This document shows positions 28,370 through 41,137 of a stretch of 64,000 bases of DNA, one piece after another. The notes beneath the pieces were generated by a model. The model worked only from the letters and a program-made list of their open reading frames with translations. It did no database searches and was not told where the DNA came from. Both the position numbers and the translations under genes were made by a program. The stretch comes from Octopus vulgaris (lineage: Eukaryota), in the NCBI GenBank assembly GCA_951406725.2, contig OX597821.1, forward strand, positions 70,928,001-70,992,000, in the 5' to 3' direction. Each line of letters starts with the position of its first letter. Within the stretch, counting starts at the first letter, position 1.

Positions 28370-29210
28370 TGAAGTCTGATCAATAAGTATCCGGACTGTT
28401 GCCATAATAACGAAATTAAAGCACGCAGAGTAAAGCTGTTTTGACACAGATTGACCTTGGACTCCGCTGTGCCACCGCACTAAGTTTTGGCGTTCTATCT
28501 CACTTCCGCTGTTTACAGCAGTGCTTGGAAGGAAGGTGTGTAGCATGTGATCGCTGCATTGACCATGACAGAAAGTTGTCATGGCGATACCTGCTCAGAG
28601 GCCGACGCAAAGTTACAGAAAGTGTATGGAGAGGAGTCTATGATCCACACACAAGTGCACGAGTGGTCCAGACGTTTCCAAGATGGCCGAAAAAAGGTCG
28701 ATATTGACGAACGTTCTGAGAGACCCACATCTAGCAGAACTGAGAAGAACATCGCAGATGTGCGTGCAGCTGTGAGGGGAAAATTGTCGAATCACCATCC
28801 GTGAGTTATCTGAGAATGTGCGGTTCAGTTCAGTCCATTATCGATGAAGATTTGCATATGAGATACCTGTCTTCCAAGTTTGTGCCAAAACTGTCAAAAA
28901 GACACTCGGGTTTCATTTGGAGTTCTCCTTGATTGTGTCAAGAACGATGAAAACTTTTTGGAAACTTTGCGTAGGCCTCTGAGCAGGTATCGTCAAGCTT
29001 TTGGCAAACTTTGATGCAGATTCTCGGCTCAACTTTCTCTGTCATTGTTAATGCGGCAATCACACGCTCCACACCTTTCCAAACACTGCTGTAAACAGCG
29101 GAAGTTTGCTAGAATGTTAAAACTTAGTGCGCATGCACAAACGGCTTCACTTTGAGTGCTTTAGCTTCGTTACTATGGCAACAGTCCGGATACTTATTGA
29201 TCAGACCACG
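28370..29210 (+). mobile_element. Internally deleted mariner element with long (~180-210 bp) inverted termini
   Basis: TA-flanked TIR gtctgatcaataagtatccggactgttgccata / tatggcaacagtccggatacttattgatcagac; ORF 28547-28804 KLQKVYGEESM....VHEWSRRFQDGRKKVDIDERSERP is a mariner HTH region; catalytic domain absent. Confidence 0.92.
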
Positions 29211-29723
29211 TATATGTATGTTTTTATACAGTAACGTATACGTAATATCTTCGTGTGTCTGAGCTGAATATATAAGGCGCGTTGGCAGGGATGTGTATGT
29301 ATGTCTATATGTGTGTGCGTACCTGTGTTTGTGCGTGTGCATGTGTGGGTCGGTGTCCTTGTGCGTGTGTGTAACTTTGTTCACGTGTTAATTACTATTG
29401 TACTAAGTCTATATGGTTAGAAACAACCACGTAGACAGTGATCCCGTTCGATATATTCATCATATATTTTATCTCCCCGTGAAATATGAACTGGTAGATA
29501 ACCTATGGAGGTTTCGTCATAGAAATGTGGAGATCGATCGAGCAAGTTTTGTTTCACTTTAAAGATTCACCAGTGATTGCTTTAATTATTTTCCTAAGCT
29601 ACTGAACTTTATTAGCTTACAGCTCCAGATAGAAATACGTAGATAAATGATGGTAGGTATAATGAAATTTATGTCACGGTAAATGCTTGATAACCAGGAA
29701 TATATAAATTTCGTAATAATACG

Positions 29724-29883
29724 AATTTCAACCGTGTTTCGTGGTCTGCAACCACAACAGCTCCTTTATAGGATCCAGTTAGCTCAATACATCATCAGAA
29801 GGAACCACGTACGGTTTCGGCCCCTATTCCTCTACCGTTTTGACGTGGCGGGGCCCCCACTTTCGGGGGTGTCTTCAGCTCTG
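29724..29883 (-). ncRNA. Tandem pair of atypical hammerhead-like cores
   Basis: Minus strand: CTGAAGA-cacccccgaaagtggg-ggcccc...ggggcc-GAAACC gtacgt GGTT, then CTGATGA-[36 nt]-gtggt tgcag accac-GAAAC acg GTT; stem I pairings are weak. Confidence 0.55.
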
Positions 29884-29964
29884 GTGTTGGGTGCATGTCT
29901 TCTTTCTTCTTCTTTCTTCTGTTTCCTGACCTTTTCGATGTAGCGTCAACGAGTGTGAGCGGGC

Positions 29965-30069
29965 GACTAACTTTCCTCTCAAATTCCCCTTTAAATACCT
30001 GCCACTAGCCTCCAGTAGGCAGCCCCAGCAAGTTGTCACGTGACACTGTCTCAACTTTATCTGACCAAT
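29965..30069 (-). promoter_or_regulatory. Candidate Pol II promoter upstream of the tandem HHRs
   Basis: CCAAT (30065-69), palindromic E-box TGTCACGTGACA (30034-45), minus-strand TATTTAAA (29997-29990), Inr-like TTAGTC ~29 nt downstream. Confidence 0.45.
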
Positions 30070-30950
30070 GAAGGCGCGTAGCCTTAGCCCACGCATTTTC
30101 TAAACGAGACTGTCGCCTATCAATCAGCGAGGCTAATTCAGTGTCATCTTGTCTCACCTAGTGATGTTATTTTTCTGCCGGCATGTTATGACTTTCAAGC
30201 CAGTTTTGGTCCTCCCGCTTCAGCCATATATAGAAGCTGGCTTTTTCGACCGCCTTCTATAGTGAAGTCATACCCTTGATAAACGCATATTGAATGTTGT
30301 TGTGCAAAATTCTCCATGGTGATAAACCGCTTGAGCTTTGTTATATAAATATCGCTATGCTTGCCATAATATTGTTTACATATTTTTATATGAAGTTGCC
30401 AGTTTCTAAATTGCGGCAGAGCTGGAAGAAGAGGTAAAGGAAGACAAATGTAGCGAGTTTGATCCTTCTTTCGAACGAACGGAGCTTCTCTGCTTCGTCC
30501 ACGGGGGTTCTGTTTGCGTTGGCACAGCGAGACTAGATACATGTTTAGAAAACATATTTTAAATGACTTCCGTGTGTGCGTTCATTTATTTATGCACATT
30601 CACATACATTATTCTATGTGTGTGTATATATAAATGCACGCATTGATATATGCGTGTATGTATATAATATTGTGTTTATAGATCGACATACATTCATAAG
30701 AATATACTTTATAAATAATATAATAAACTTTACATAATTTATGTATTTGTTTTATATATGCATCTATGCATGTATCATACACACACACACACACGCACAC
30801 ATACGCACACACACACACCACACACACACACACACACACACGCACACACATATACATATACGTATCAGAATGTACTTGAATATATAATTAAGAAAAAGAA
30901 AAATTCTCTCCTTCTCTCTCTCATTCTTTCTTTCTTTCTCCCTCCTTTTG

Positions 30951-30997
<47 letters not shown>

Positions 30998-31411
30998 ATA
31001 AATATATTTATGTACCCAAGTACTTTCTGATACTTATGACAAATATCTGTATAAGTAGCTACATATGCATATGTGAATGGCTATACATATATATATATAT
31101 AAATGTGTGTGTGTGTTGTCTAAATGCACATGTGTTTGTGTGCATGATGTGTTTATGTTCCAAAGCGTATGTGTATGCATATGTGCGAATATGTGTCTGT
31201 GTGTCAGTGGAGCTCAATAAAACTCTCTTCACCTCATAATCGCAACGTAGTGCCATGGCCAATAACGGAAATACAAGGCGTGGCTATTGCTTGTCTAAAA
31301 CTCTAAAAGTGAAAGCCAAGACGCTACTGCACCTGAAAAAGTTCGCCACAACTTCGTTATCGATGTAATAATAATATTAATAATAACAATAATAATAATA
31401 ATAATAATAAC

Positions 31412-31444
<33 letters not shown>

Positions 31445-31715
31445 CTGCTGTTCATCAGATCTGCAGATGTGCTTTGCTATGCCAATATTTGCCAATATAT
31501 GCATAGCAGATTGGTAAAAGTTCATCTGAGTAAAATAATAGTCTTGGCACATGGTATTGTTTCTTGTGCACATGTAGTGGTAGGATTGTTTTCTCGAAAT
31601 CTTTGTTTATATTCTCACATATGTGGAAGAAAGATAATTTCCTTCAATACAGTGTGTCTTGCGTTACAGAAAGCTGTGTGTGAGACCAATTAAATATTAC
31701 ACCGCCTACAATAAA
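31445..31715 (-). mobile_element. Possible decayed PLE GIY-YIG 3' fragment
   Basis: Minus strand YLIGLTHSF..RKTH-like motif followed by a lone CTGATGA truncated at (TAA)n. Confidence 0.35.
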
Positions 31716-31960
31716 GCCGCCGTGCAGATGTTGCTTAAATTATGTTCTGATATAAATAGTAGCGTACACTGGAGTGAACAAGGCAAGTTTCTTTCTCTTT
31801 ATGTATGTTTATGTCTGTATGTATGTGTGTGTGCATGTGTATATATGTGTATATATGTGTATGTATGCATGTATATATATACATGTGTGTGTATGCATGC
31901 ATACATATATATATACTATATTTAAAAGCAGCAGAAATATAACATTTATGTGCTTACTTC

Positions 31961-32014
<54 letters not shown>

Positions 32015-32059
32015 TTCGATGCGAATGGTTTTGTTATACGGCGCCGTGTTTATATACAT

Positions 32060-32780
32060 AGACGATCGTCAAACCGAATAAAGACTACGACCACATCTAT
32101 CTTCCGTTTCCTTCATGGTCCCTTTTTAGTAAAGGAATGTTCTGGAGGGTGGTGACGAAGGCTTCATTGTTAAGGGGATTGTGTGTGGATACGTATGGTA
32201 GGGCTTTCGGTTGTAAATCCTTCTTTAGTTTGGGATGTCTAAATTCGTGGATACTGAGTTGTAGGACACGTTGAAAACCTGTATCAGTTAGTGGTGGTGG
32301 GTATTTCCTGCTGATGAGTATCCTTTAACTCATATAGTCGTGTGTCCCTGGGTCTTGTATCAGATACAATTTCTTTTTTTTTTTTTTGCTAGGTTGAAGA
32401 GGATATTCATTCTAGTGTGTCTGGGGTGGCATGAATTGGACGGTAGATATTGCTTGGAGTCCGTGGGCCTATAGTATATGTCCGTTTCTTCTATTTTGTT
32501 GTTGGATTTCTTAATGAGGATGTCGGGGAATGGAAGTTGTTGATGGCTATATTCCATCGTAAATTGAATGTTTATGTCAATTCCATTTAGAAGTGCTTGA
32601 AATTCTTTAAGTGCCTCTATATTTTCATGCCAAAGAATGAAGTAGTCATCTAGATACCTCTTCCAGTTATTTTCTATGCAGAGGGAGAATGGGCTTCCGT
32701 AGTTTTCAAGAACCTTACGATAAAGACTAATTTCTAGATATCCCATGACTAGATGAGGGGGCCATTCTCATACCCATCGC
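32060..32780 (-). mobile_element. Penelope-like reverse transcriptase fragment
   Basis: AMG.RMAPS / MGYLE...WKRYLDDYFILW...IQFTME...LPFPDILI...TDIYYRPTDSKQYL...SCHPRH are characteristic PLE RT and thumb motifs; frameshifted. Confidence 0.92.
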
Positions 32781-32825
32781 GTATATATATATATATATAT
32801 GTATGTGAGTGTGTAGATGCATGCA

Positions 32826-34125
32826 CAGGGTGTGATGGGTAAATTGTCGCCATTTTATATTTCTAATTTCGTGCATGCGCATTGTTTGTTCTTGATTTTG
32901 TCGATTGCACTGCATAGTAGGGTCAGTTGTGCACCGTCTGTGAGAGAAACAGCACCATAACACAATTCATTCTGCCAGAAATTTGGAAACGACCTGCTGT
33001 ATTGCTTGGCACTCGCGTCGGAAGCTCCAATTCGAACATTTCGAAGTGTTCGGCTGTCAATCTGAGGACAGTGCAGAGGATTAGGAAAGTGTTGGATGAG
33101 TCTAATGGTGATTACGAATGTACGGCATCTCGGAAAACTCACTCTGATCGTTCTAATAAGAAAAGAATTCCTGAGTTTGTTGGTGAGATCCAGGCCATGA
33201 TTGGCAACGATCCCTCCAAGTCAATCAGGTCCATCACCAGGGACATGGGAGTGTCTGAGTTTCTTATCAGGCAAGTAGTGAATGAAGATATTTGGTAGTC
33301 CTCATACAAGATGAGAGAGGGCAAATTTTTATCCCAAGCCATCAAGGGCAAGAGGAAAGAGCGTGCTACGAAGCTTTTGAACAAACTCAAGCATCCCCTC
33401 GAATCGAACATGCTTTAGTTTTTCTCAGACGAGAAAAATTTCTGCCAGGATGAGATAGTGAACACACAGAACAACTGTTGGCTTGCCGTGTCCCCAAAAC
33501 ATGCATCGAGAGTGATTAAAATCAAACATCCGGTCAACATCATGGTGTTTAGAGTGATCGCTAGTGATGGCGACGTTATGCCTCCATTCTTCTTTCCACT
33601 TGGCCTCAGACTTAACAGACATGCCTACATCAAGTGACTGGAGGAGGTAGTGCTACTCTGAATGAAGAGGGTGGCTGCTGGGAGATCATATATCTGACAA
33701 CATGACTCTGCACCATACCACCCAAGCAGGAGAACCCAGTCATGATTGTCAGAGAATTTCTGCAACCTCATCACTCCTAACGTCTGGCTACCTTAATCTC
33801 CAGACTGCAACTTCCTTGATTATTATGCGTGGCTGGGGCAGTTGAGCGAGAAACAAATAAAACTCCTTGTAACACCAAAGATGAACTGAAGGTAAGGATT
33901 ATGACAGCATTCACCAACTTAAACAATGAGGCCCTCCAGAAGAGTTGCGGGAGATTCCGAAGTCGTCTGGAGGCCGTGGTTGAAGCCAATGGCGATTTTA
34001 TTGAATAAATTTTCTCTTTAGTATTTCAAGATATTTTAATGTAAGTTTGGTAAATATATCTGTTAAAATGAGATGTCAGTGTTATTTTTATCTTTGCATA
34101 ATTTAGACGACAGTTTATTCACCAT
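32826..34125 (+). mobile_element. Tc1/mariner superfamily transposon, maT (DD37D) type
   Basis: Left end cagggtgtgatgggtaaattgtcgcc and a degenerate right TIR gacgacagtttattcacca; encloses a transposase pseudogene. Confidence 0.88.
32957..34008 (+). pseudogene. maT/DD37D transposase pseudogene
   Basis: FSDEK...QHDSAPYH...SPDCNFLDY with 37 residues counted between the 2nd and 3rd Asp; ends RLEAVVEANGDFIE*; start ATG appears mutated to ATA; several in-frame stops. Confidence 0.9.
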
Positions 34126-34207
34126 AAGAGAGATTTATTCTCCACAGTAACTGCCTTTTAGCAGTTGAAATATGTCACAAACAGATTTCAACTAGCCTAA
34201 ATTCTAC

Positions 34208-34345
34208 TAGCGGTTCGGCAAAAGAGGCAAATAGAATAAGTATTAGGCTTACAAAGAATAAATCATGGGGTCGATTTGTTGGACTAAAGGTGGTCCTCCA
34301 GCATGGCCGCAGTCAAAAGGACTGAAACAAGTAAAAGAATAAACG
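34208..34345 (+). mobile_element. Family A SINE 3' fragment
   Basis: tagcggttcggcaaaagag...ccagcatggccgcagtcaaa.gactgaaacaagtaaaag. Confidence 0.85.
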
Positions 34346-34621
34346 AATGTATTGTAGTAATTTGCGGTCACAGACAGTAACGGAAATTACCACGTGCGCA
34401 AAAGAAAGCAAAGTAAACTATGAATGGTAATCTTAATTTTAATTTTATTTTATTAATACCTCTTTTCTCTCTACATATTCCATTTTAGTACACATTTTTG
34501 ATAAGGTTTTTCAAAAACCGAAACATGTAAAACAAAACCCAAACATTCTTCTTTTAATGTATTTATATAAAGAAAATTAATATGTACCAAGTTTCAAGGA
34601 AGTAGCATTTTCGTTCTTCTT

Positions 34622-34654
<33 letters not shown>

Positions 34655-34658
<4 letters not shown>

Positions 34659-34862
34659 ATCCAAACATGAAAACACAAAGAGAAAACACAACAACGCGAG
34701 AACGTGGAACAAGTATAGTGTTATTGGACACTCAGGAAAGGCAAGAAAGGAGGATTTAACGTTTCGAGCGGAGCTCTTCGTCAGAAACATAGGAAAAGGA
34801 AAGATCCAAAGAGGGGAAGACGGAAGAAAAAAAATCGCCAACGATACACACGCAGTCACATT
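34655..34862 (-). mobile_element. Short PLE pLTR-type module in (TA)n (family also at 48670-48990 and 51677-51840)
   Basis: Shared gaagagc..gctcgaaacgt...tttcctgag.g.c.aata sequence among three copies. Confidence 0.75.
34754..34788 (-). ncRNA. Ultra-minimal type-I hammerhead ribozyme
   Basis: gttt-CTGACGA-a-gagc tcc gctc-GAAACGTT-aaat; loopless palindromic stem III AACGTT. Confidence 0.8.
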
Positions 34863-35888
34863 TGGATATATATACATATATATATATATATATGCAGAAT
34901 CATAAGCGCGCCAGACAAAACGCATAGCGGCATTTCTCCCGTTTTTACGCTCTGTCCGTTTGTACTTTAACTTGGTGGGTGTTTTAATTCTTTTAAATTC
35001 TAACAATGTTCTTTTGACCCATTCGTCTTTGCGTAGTTAACTTCGTCCGTAGGTGTTTTCCTTTTTCTTATCCTGTTCCAGACCGTTCTGGCCACTGCAT
35101 CATGCCTCAGAATGTAACTTTAGGTCATCAACAAAAAAATGTGTGAGTAACATTAATTTTATCCCGTTCCGTCTATCCCAGCAAGTAGCCATAGTATTTT
35201 GTATGTATGCATGGATGGTTGGATGGATGGATAACGTCTTAAGCACTGTTTGCAATTACACAGACAAGGTATATCGGACCAGGTGAAGATGTACCTTGTA
35301 ATATATTTGTTATTGTCATATAGAAGCTTGATATGAACTTTCGTATTAATATTCAACTCTCTGTGACTGTGTAGGGACACATATACAATGGAAATAGAAT
35401 GGTGTTTGTAGCCTCCCACATTCCGTGACGATACCGATGTACCAAAGACTATATCCATATCCTCAAATCACAAAGTACAAATTTCTTAGAGAAAGCATGT
35501 CAATGTAAGAATTGGCCAAAACCAGTTTGTTTCTTTACCGACTCACTGAAGAGTTCAGATAACCACCGGTTGCCCTCTGAGACCTCTGGTATGAACTCAG
35601 CCAAATTCTTAATAAGTGAATAAGTTACTGAATTACGACTGCACTTTGCATAGCGAAATGTGCGTTTATCTGTGTGTGTGTGTGTGTCCGTTTGTATGTG
35701 TCTGTGTGTCTATGTTTCTGTGTGAGAATTAGAATGTCTGTATGAGTGAGTGTGTGTGAATATGTGTGAGTGAGTGTGTGTGCGCATGAATGTATATATG
35801 TGTGTGTGATTGCATACGTAATTTTATGTGTGAGTGTGTGTGTGGGTGTGTTTCTACGTGTGCGTGAGAGAGAGAGAGAGAGAGAGAG

Positions 35889-35966
<78 letters not shown>

Positions 35967-36889
35967 TGTGCACGCGTGCGTATGTATGTGTACCAAGACA
36001 TAAACGTGGTATGTACAGAGTAGCCGCCTTAATGGCCTCCGCAGAATGACGCTAAGAAATTAAAAGAAGACCTAGAAAATAATTTGTACTAAAAGCCAGC
36101 ATCCAAAACAATACAATGAAAACTCTTAGCAATAGAATACTTGTTTCTCTAGCGATAACCATCCAGACACAAAACTACAGACGCATAATGCGTGTAAAAT
36201 AAGCACAAATGCTTCTATGGACACCTCATCGATGACAATCTTTATCTCGTCCTCCATCGACTTCAGTCTTATTGAATGAATCTAAATAATCGGGAAATGC
36301 CTGAAAACACATGGTACGGACTGTAGCTGTATCACGTGGTTTTGATTCTGCCTGAAGAATATGTTGAGGGTGCATTCACCTATGGAACATTCAGCCATGT
36401 GGAGTCTAATGCAAGAAGTTCGCACTTCAACTGATCGAATAAGTGGTATACTCTACGACGGAGGGTCAATTTCCTGCGTGATTCCCCCTTCAAATTCAGA
36501 ACCGTTTTTAGATATAACATACACGAAATTTAACTCATAAAAACATTTTTTAGACGTAAAACTTTTCGCTAATACGTATTTGATTCTCACTCTTCCATTC
36601 AGTGTGTTAAACTCACCTTGTGAAAACATAGGCTAATATTTTTATTGCAAAACAGTTATATACAAGCATTTTTATGGGAAAGCATAATTTTGTATCTTTA
36701 CTTTGGTGTGTGTGTGTGCGTGTGTGCATGTGCGTGTGTGCATGTGCGTGTGTGCGTAAGTGTGTGTATGTGTACGTGTTTGTCTGTGTTTGTATGAGTG
36801 TGTGGATACATAATAGAAGCATTTACACCCTGTCTTAAAAAATAAAACTTGTTTTATTCATATATACACACATATATATATATATATGT

Positions 36890-36948
<59 letters not shown>

Positions 36949-37029
36949 GAAAGAGAGAGAGAGAGTGAGAGACAGAGAGATTTTAGAGCATTTTATTCGC
37001 TTTCTTGTATTTCCCATACAGACACGCAT

Positions 37030-37100
<71 letters not shown>

Positions 37101-37172
37101 GTATATATGTATATATGTACGTATATATACATATATACGTGTATATATATGTATATATATATATGTACATAA

Positions 37173-37222
<50 letters not shown>

Positions 37223-37254
37223 ACATAAATACATGTGTGTGTGTTAGTGTGCAC

Positions 37255-37296
<42 letters not shown>

Positions 37297-37485
37297 TATT
37301 TGATATGTAAATGTGTTTGATACTAAATTAAAAACAAAGCTCCAATGTATACAATTGTCTACACCCATCAGCAAAATAGCAGATGTGTGCTAACAATAAC
37401 AGAAGACAGGCTAAAGCCAAGAACCCTGTTCTCTACGTCAGCACACACACGCACACGATATTATTATACGTCGTTTTGTGCATAT

Positions 37486-37577
<92 letters not shown>

Positions 37578-37588
37578 GTACGTATGCG

Positions 37589-37637
<49 letters not shown>

Positions 37638-37640
37638 TTC

Positions 37641-38120
37641 AAATTCTTAAATCCTTAAAAATGTTTCAGCCCGAAAGCCGCGGCCGTGCTGGGGCACTAC
37701 CGTTGAATAAGCTACACTAGTATGTGTAACTACCTCTGATACGTGGCACTTGATCAACAAGGGAGTTCGACGCCGCTGCCCGCTTCTGTGTAACCTGCTG
37801 AGAGGTAGGTTCATCTGGGACCCCTGACAAGAAGAGATCCAGTTTAATTTTAAAGAAATCCACATCCACACCATGCAGGTCTCGCAGGCATTTAGGAAGG
37901 ATATTGAAGAGCTGTGGTCCCCTGAAACCCAAGCTGTTGCATTATCTGGTCCTGTATTTTGATGGTGATGTTGGGATCTTTGGCACCATGCAGTGACGCC
38001 CCCTTCTGCTGTTGCGGTAACTTTCAATGCCAAAATTTGGGACAAGACTCTCCAGGATTTTCCAGATGTATATTACTACATATCTCTCCCGCCTTCGCTC
38101 CAGGGAGAAGAGTTTTAATA
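37641..38120 (-). mobile_element. CR1/L2-group LINE 3' fragment
   Basis: LKLFSLERRRERYVVIYIWKILESLVPNFG...GFRGPQLFNILPKCLRDLHGVDVDFFKIKLDLFLSGVPDEP...SNSLVDQ; same family as 11424. Confidence 0.9.
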
Positions 38121-38126
38121 CTTCAG

Positions 38127-38256
38127 TAATAAAGCTGCAAAGATCGCAATAAAACTGCTACTCAGAGTTTCACCTTCCCGTTTGTCGGACAGTTTTGGTT
38201 GACGAACGGGAACATGAAACTCTGAGTAACAATTTTTGTGATGTCTAGCTTTATTA
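38127..38256. repeat. ~60-bp-arm inverted repeat with a degenerate HHR-like core
   Basis: tactcagagtttcaccttcccgtttgtc / gacgaacgggaacatgaaactctgagta; TTGACGA...GAAACTCTGAGTA. Confidence 0.75.
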
Positions 38257-38747
38257 ATAAAGCATATTACTCTACCTCTGGTATTCGAGTACTATTTTTC
38301 CACCTTGTTTCACATTTATGTGCTTACTCTGGTGTATGTATGTATGAACGTATGTATGTACGTATGTATGCATGCGTATTATTTTATTATGGTTCCTAAT
38401 ACTAATTAGTGTCTATATTGGAGCGTCATATAATCATATATATATATATATATATATATATAGGTGTGAGCGTGTGTGTATACACGTATGTATATTAAAA
38501 TGTTATGCAAAATTTCAGTTGTTTAAGAAAGGTAAGTTTACTCTAACTCTGCCAAACAGGCTCCGTTTGTAAAGAAGAGCGCTTTCAGCAACCAGCGAAC
38601 AAGTTCGAGTCGATTGATTTGTTTTGGCTTTTGTTAAAGCCATCGTCAGGACTCGTTTACTCATCTCTGGTTACTACGTCATGGCACACAAGCACTCATC
38701 TACATTCATACACATATACACATGTACACTCTCATATTTGTACTTAC

Positions 38748-38822
<75 letters not shown>

Positions 38823-39423
38823 CGCGCACGCGTGTGTGTGTGTGTATGTATATACATGCAAGAAAGAGTAAAATTAAACAGACACACATCCTACAAATCC
38901 AGTCAAAATGTATTCTAGAGTTTTCCAATGTTTCCCAATTTAAGTTTCTTGAAATGAGCAGAGGCCCAAGATTATTTTAAAGTATAAGTCTAGAACCATA
39001 CACTTCCTCTCCAGCATCCACAAGAATTTAAGATTTAGGAATGTTACTTCAGATTCCCAATGTTACGAACAAGTTTCAGCGTAAACATATAAGTAGCAAC
39101 CTTCGGTCACTCGAACCGTTTCATCATCAATATATTAATACGATATTTTGTCATCAGTTGATTTGGCGTTCGTGAAAACAAACCATTACAGCGCATTAAT
39201 GAAAAGAAAACAAAACTAGATAGAAAGATCTTACATCCCTATAAGAATTCCTCAAAAACATTCGAATTTCATCAAAGAAAGCATTGCGAATAGCAAAATA
39301 TTAACCGAATATCAATACCCGTTTACACCATTGAACCATTAACTACGAACAATCACTGATTAATGAAAATAAATTGGAGTTTAGAGTCAAAACTTTTATA
39401 TCTGAAATGAAAATAGAAGAAAA

Positions 39424-39580
39424 TGGCGGTTGATTGGCCGAATCGTTTGAGTGTCTGAGAAAATATCTTACGGTGAAATATATTCTGACTGTTTTATATT
39501 CTGAGTTCAAAAACTAGCGAGATCAGCTTTGCCGTTTATTCGTCTGGAGTCTGTAGAGTAAAGTACCACTGCAGAGTTAT
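39424..39580 (+). mobile_element. SINE family B, diverged
   Basis: ggcggttgattggccgaatcgtt...ttctgagttcaaa...ctttgccgtt.attc. Confidence 0.65.
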
Positions 39581-39896
39581 GAACAGTCGGAAATATTGGA
39601 GAAAATGCTGTTGGAAAAATGATTTGCGGCATCGCTTCCGATTCTTTATATCCAGTGCCCAGTACAAACACAAAACGCCTTTCGAGGAAGACTTCGTTGA
39701 TCTGAAGACGGGAAAATAGTGACAATAAACTCATTATCTTATATCCTTTCTGTCCCCTTCAAAAGGGAGGCGATAACGACAGGAACAACCACTTGGTCGT
39801 TCGTGTCAAACCAACGAGAGAACCAATACACAGTTGCTTGATTTGCTAGAAATAGCAGCCAGTCCACTATCGGATCACATTCTCATTTGAGATAAA

Positions 39897-40040
39897 GGTT
39901 TCAAATTTTGACACAGGGGCAACAATTTTAGTCACGTGAGAAAGTCAATGATACCGACCCCAGTATGCAACTGGTACTTATTTTATCGACCCCGGAAGGA
40001 TGAAAGCTAAAGTCGACCTCGACGACACTTGAACTCAGAA
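39897..40040 (-). mobile_element. SINE family B 3' part
   Basis: cgaccccagtatgcaactggtacttattttatcgaccccggaaggatgaaag.taaagtcgacctc. Confidence 0.85.
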
Positions 40041-40057
40041 AATAAAACTATAAAATA

Positions 40058-40121
<64 letters not shown>

Positions 40122-40215
40122 TATTAATAGGGATGAAGCCTCTTTCTCTACAGAAAAAAATTCCATCAGGAATTGTGGCAGTATATTAAAAGAACCTTTA
40201 CGGTTAAAATTATAA

Positions 40216-40595
40216 ATATCTTATAAGCAAGGGCTAAAGAAAGTTTTCTAAAGCCAATATACTGAAATCCACGTTTAATCTACTGGCTACAGAAAGTTGA
40301 ACTGAAATGCGGGCAACTCTACCTTTGGAACATTTAAATTTCGTTATCTTAATATTGAATCAATTTCGGAATCAACACCATAAGTGTTCGTTCGTCTAAC
40401 CGAAGACGAAGCCTAACTGAAGACGAACGAACACTTATGGTGTTGATTCCGAAATTGATTCAATATTAAGATAACGAAATTTAAATGTTCCAAAGGTAGA
40501 GTTGCCTGCATTTCAGTTCAACTTTCTGTAGCAAGTAGACTAAACGTGGATTTCAGTATATTGGCTTTAGAAAACTTTCTTTACCCTTGCTTATA

Positions 40596-40601
<6 letters not shown>
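40216..40601. repeat. Long near-perfect fold-back inverted repeat (~180-bp arms, 23-nt spacer)
   Basis: Arms 40216-40397 and 40421-40601 are complementary with few mismatches; flanked by (TA)n. Confidence 0.97.
40414..40468 (+). ncRNA. Hammerhead-like core at the centre of the fold-back
   Basis: taa-CTGAAGA-cgaacgaacac ttatg gtgttgattcc-GAAA-ttg att caa-TA-tta; AUA cleavage triplet, 3-bp stem I. Confidence 0.55.
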
Positions 40602-40629
<28 letters not shown>

Positions 40630-40630
40630 G

Positions 40631-40661
<31 letters not shown>

Positions 40662-40687
40662 GCACGCACACACACGCACACACACAC

Positions 40688-40895
40688 AAGTACGAATGAA
40701 TGTGAGTCTTTGTATTTGTGTTCCCCCACCATCGTTTAACAACCGATGTTGGTTTGTTCGAATACCTGTAACCTAGCGGTTCAGCAGGAGATATTAATAG
40801 CATAAGTCCTAGATTTGAAAATAAAATGGGTCGATTTTTTCGATTAAAACCCTTTAAGACGGTCCCCATCGTCGACCACAGATTAATGGCTGAAT
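40688..40895 (+). mobile_element. Family A SINE 3' half, diverged
   Basis: ccccaccatcgtttaacaaccgatgttgg...tagcggttcagca. Confidence 0.7.
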
Positions 40896-41038
40896 CAAAT
40901 AAAATCCCTCACATACACACATACATATTGACACACACGTATATATAAACACATGCACACGTACATGCATGCACACACACATACGTACACGCACATACAT
41001 TCATACATGCATATATATATATATATATAGATAGATAT

Positions 41039-41137
<99 letters not shown>

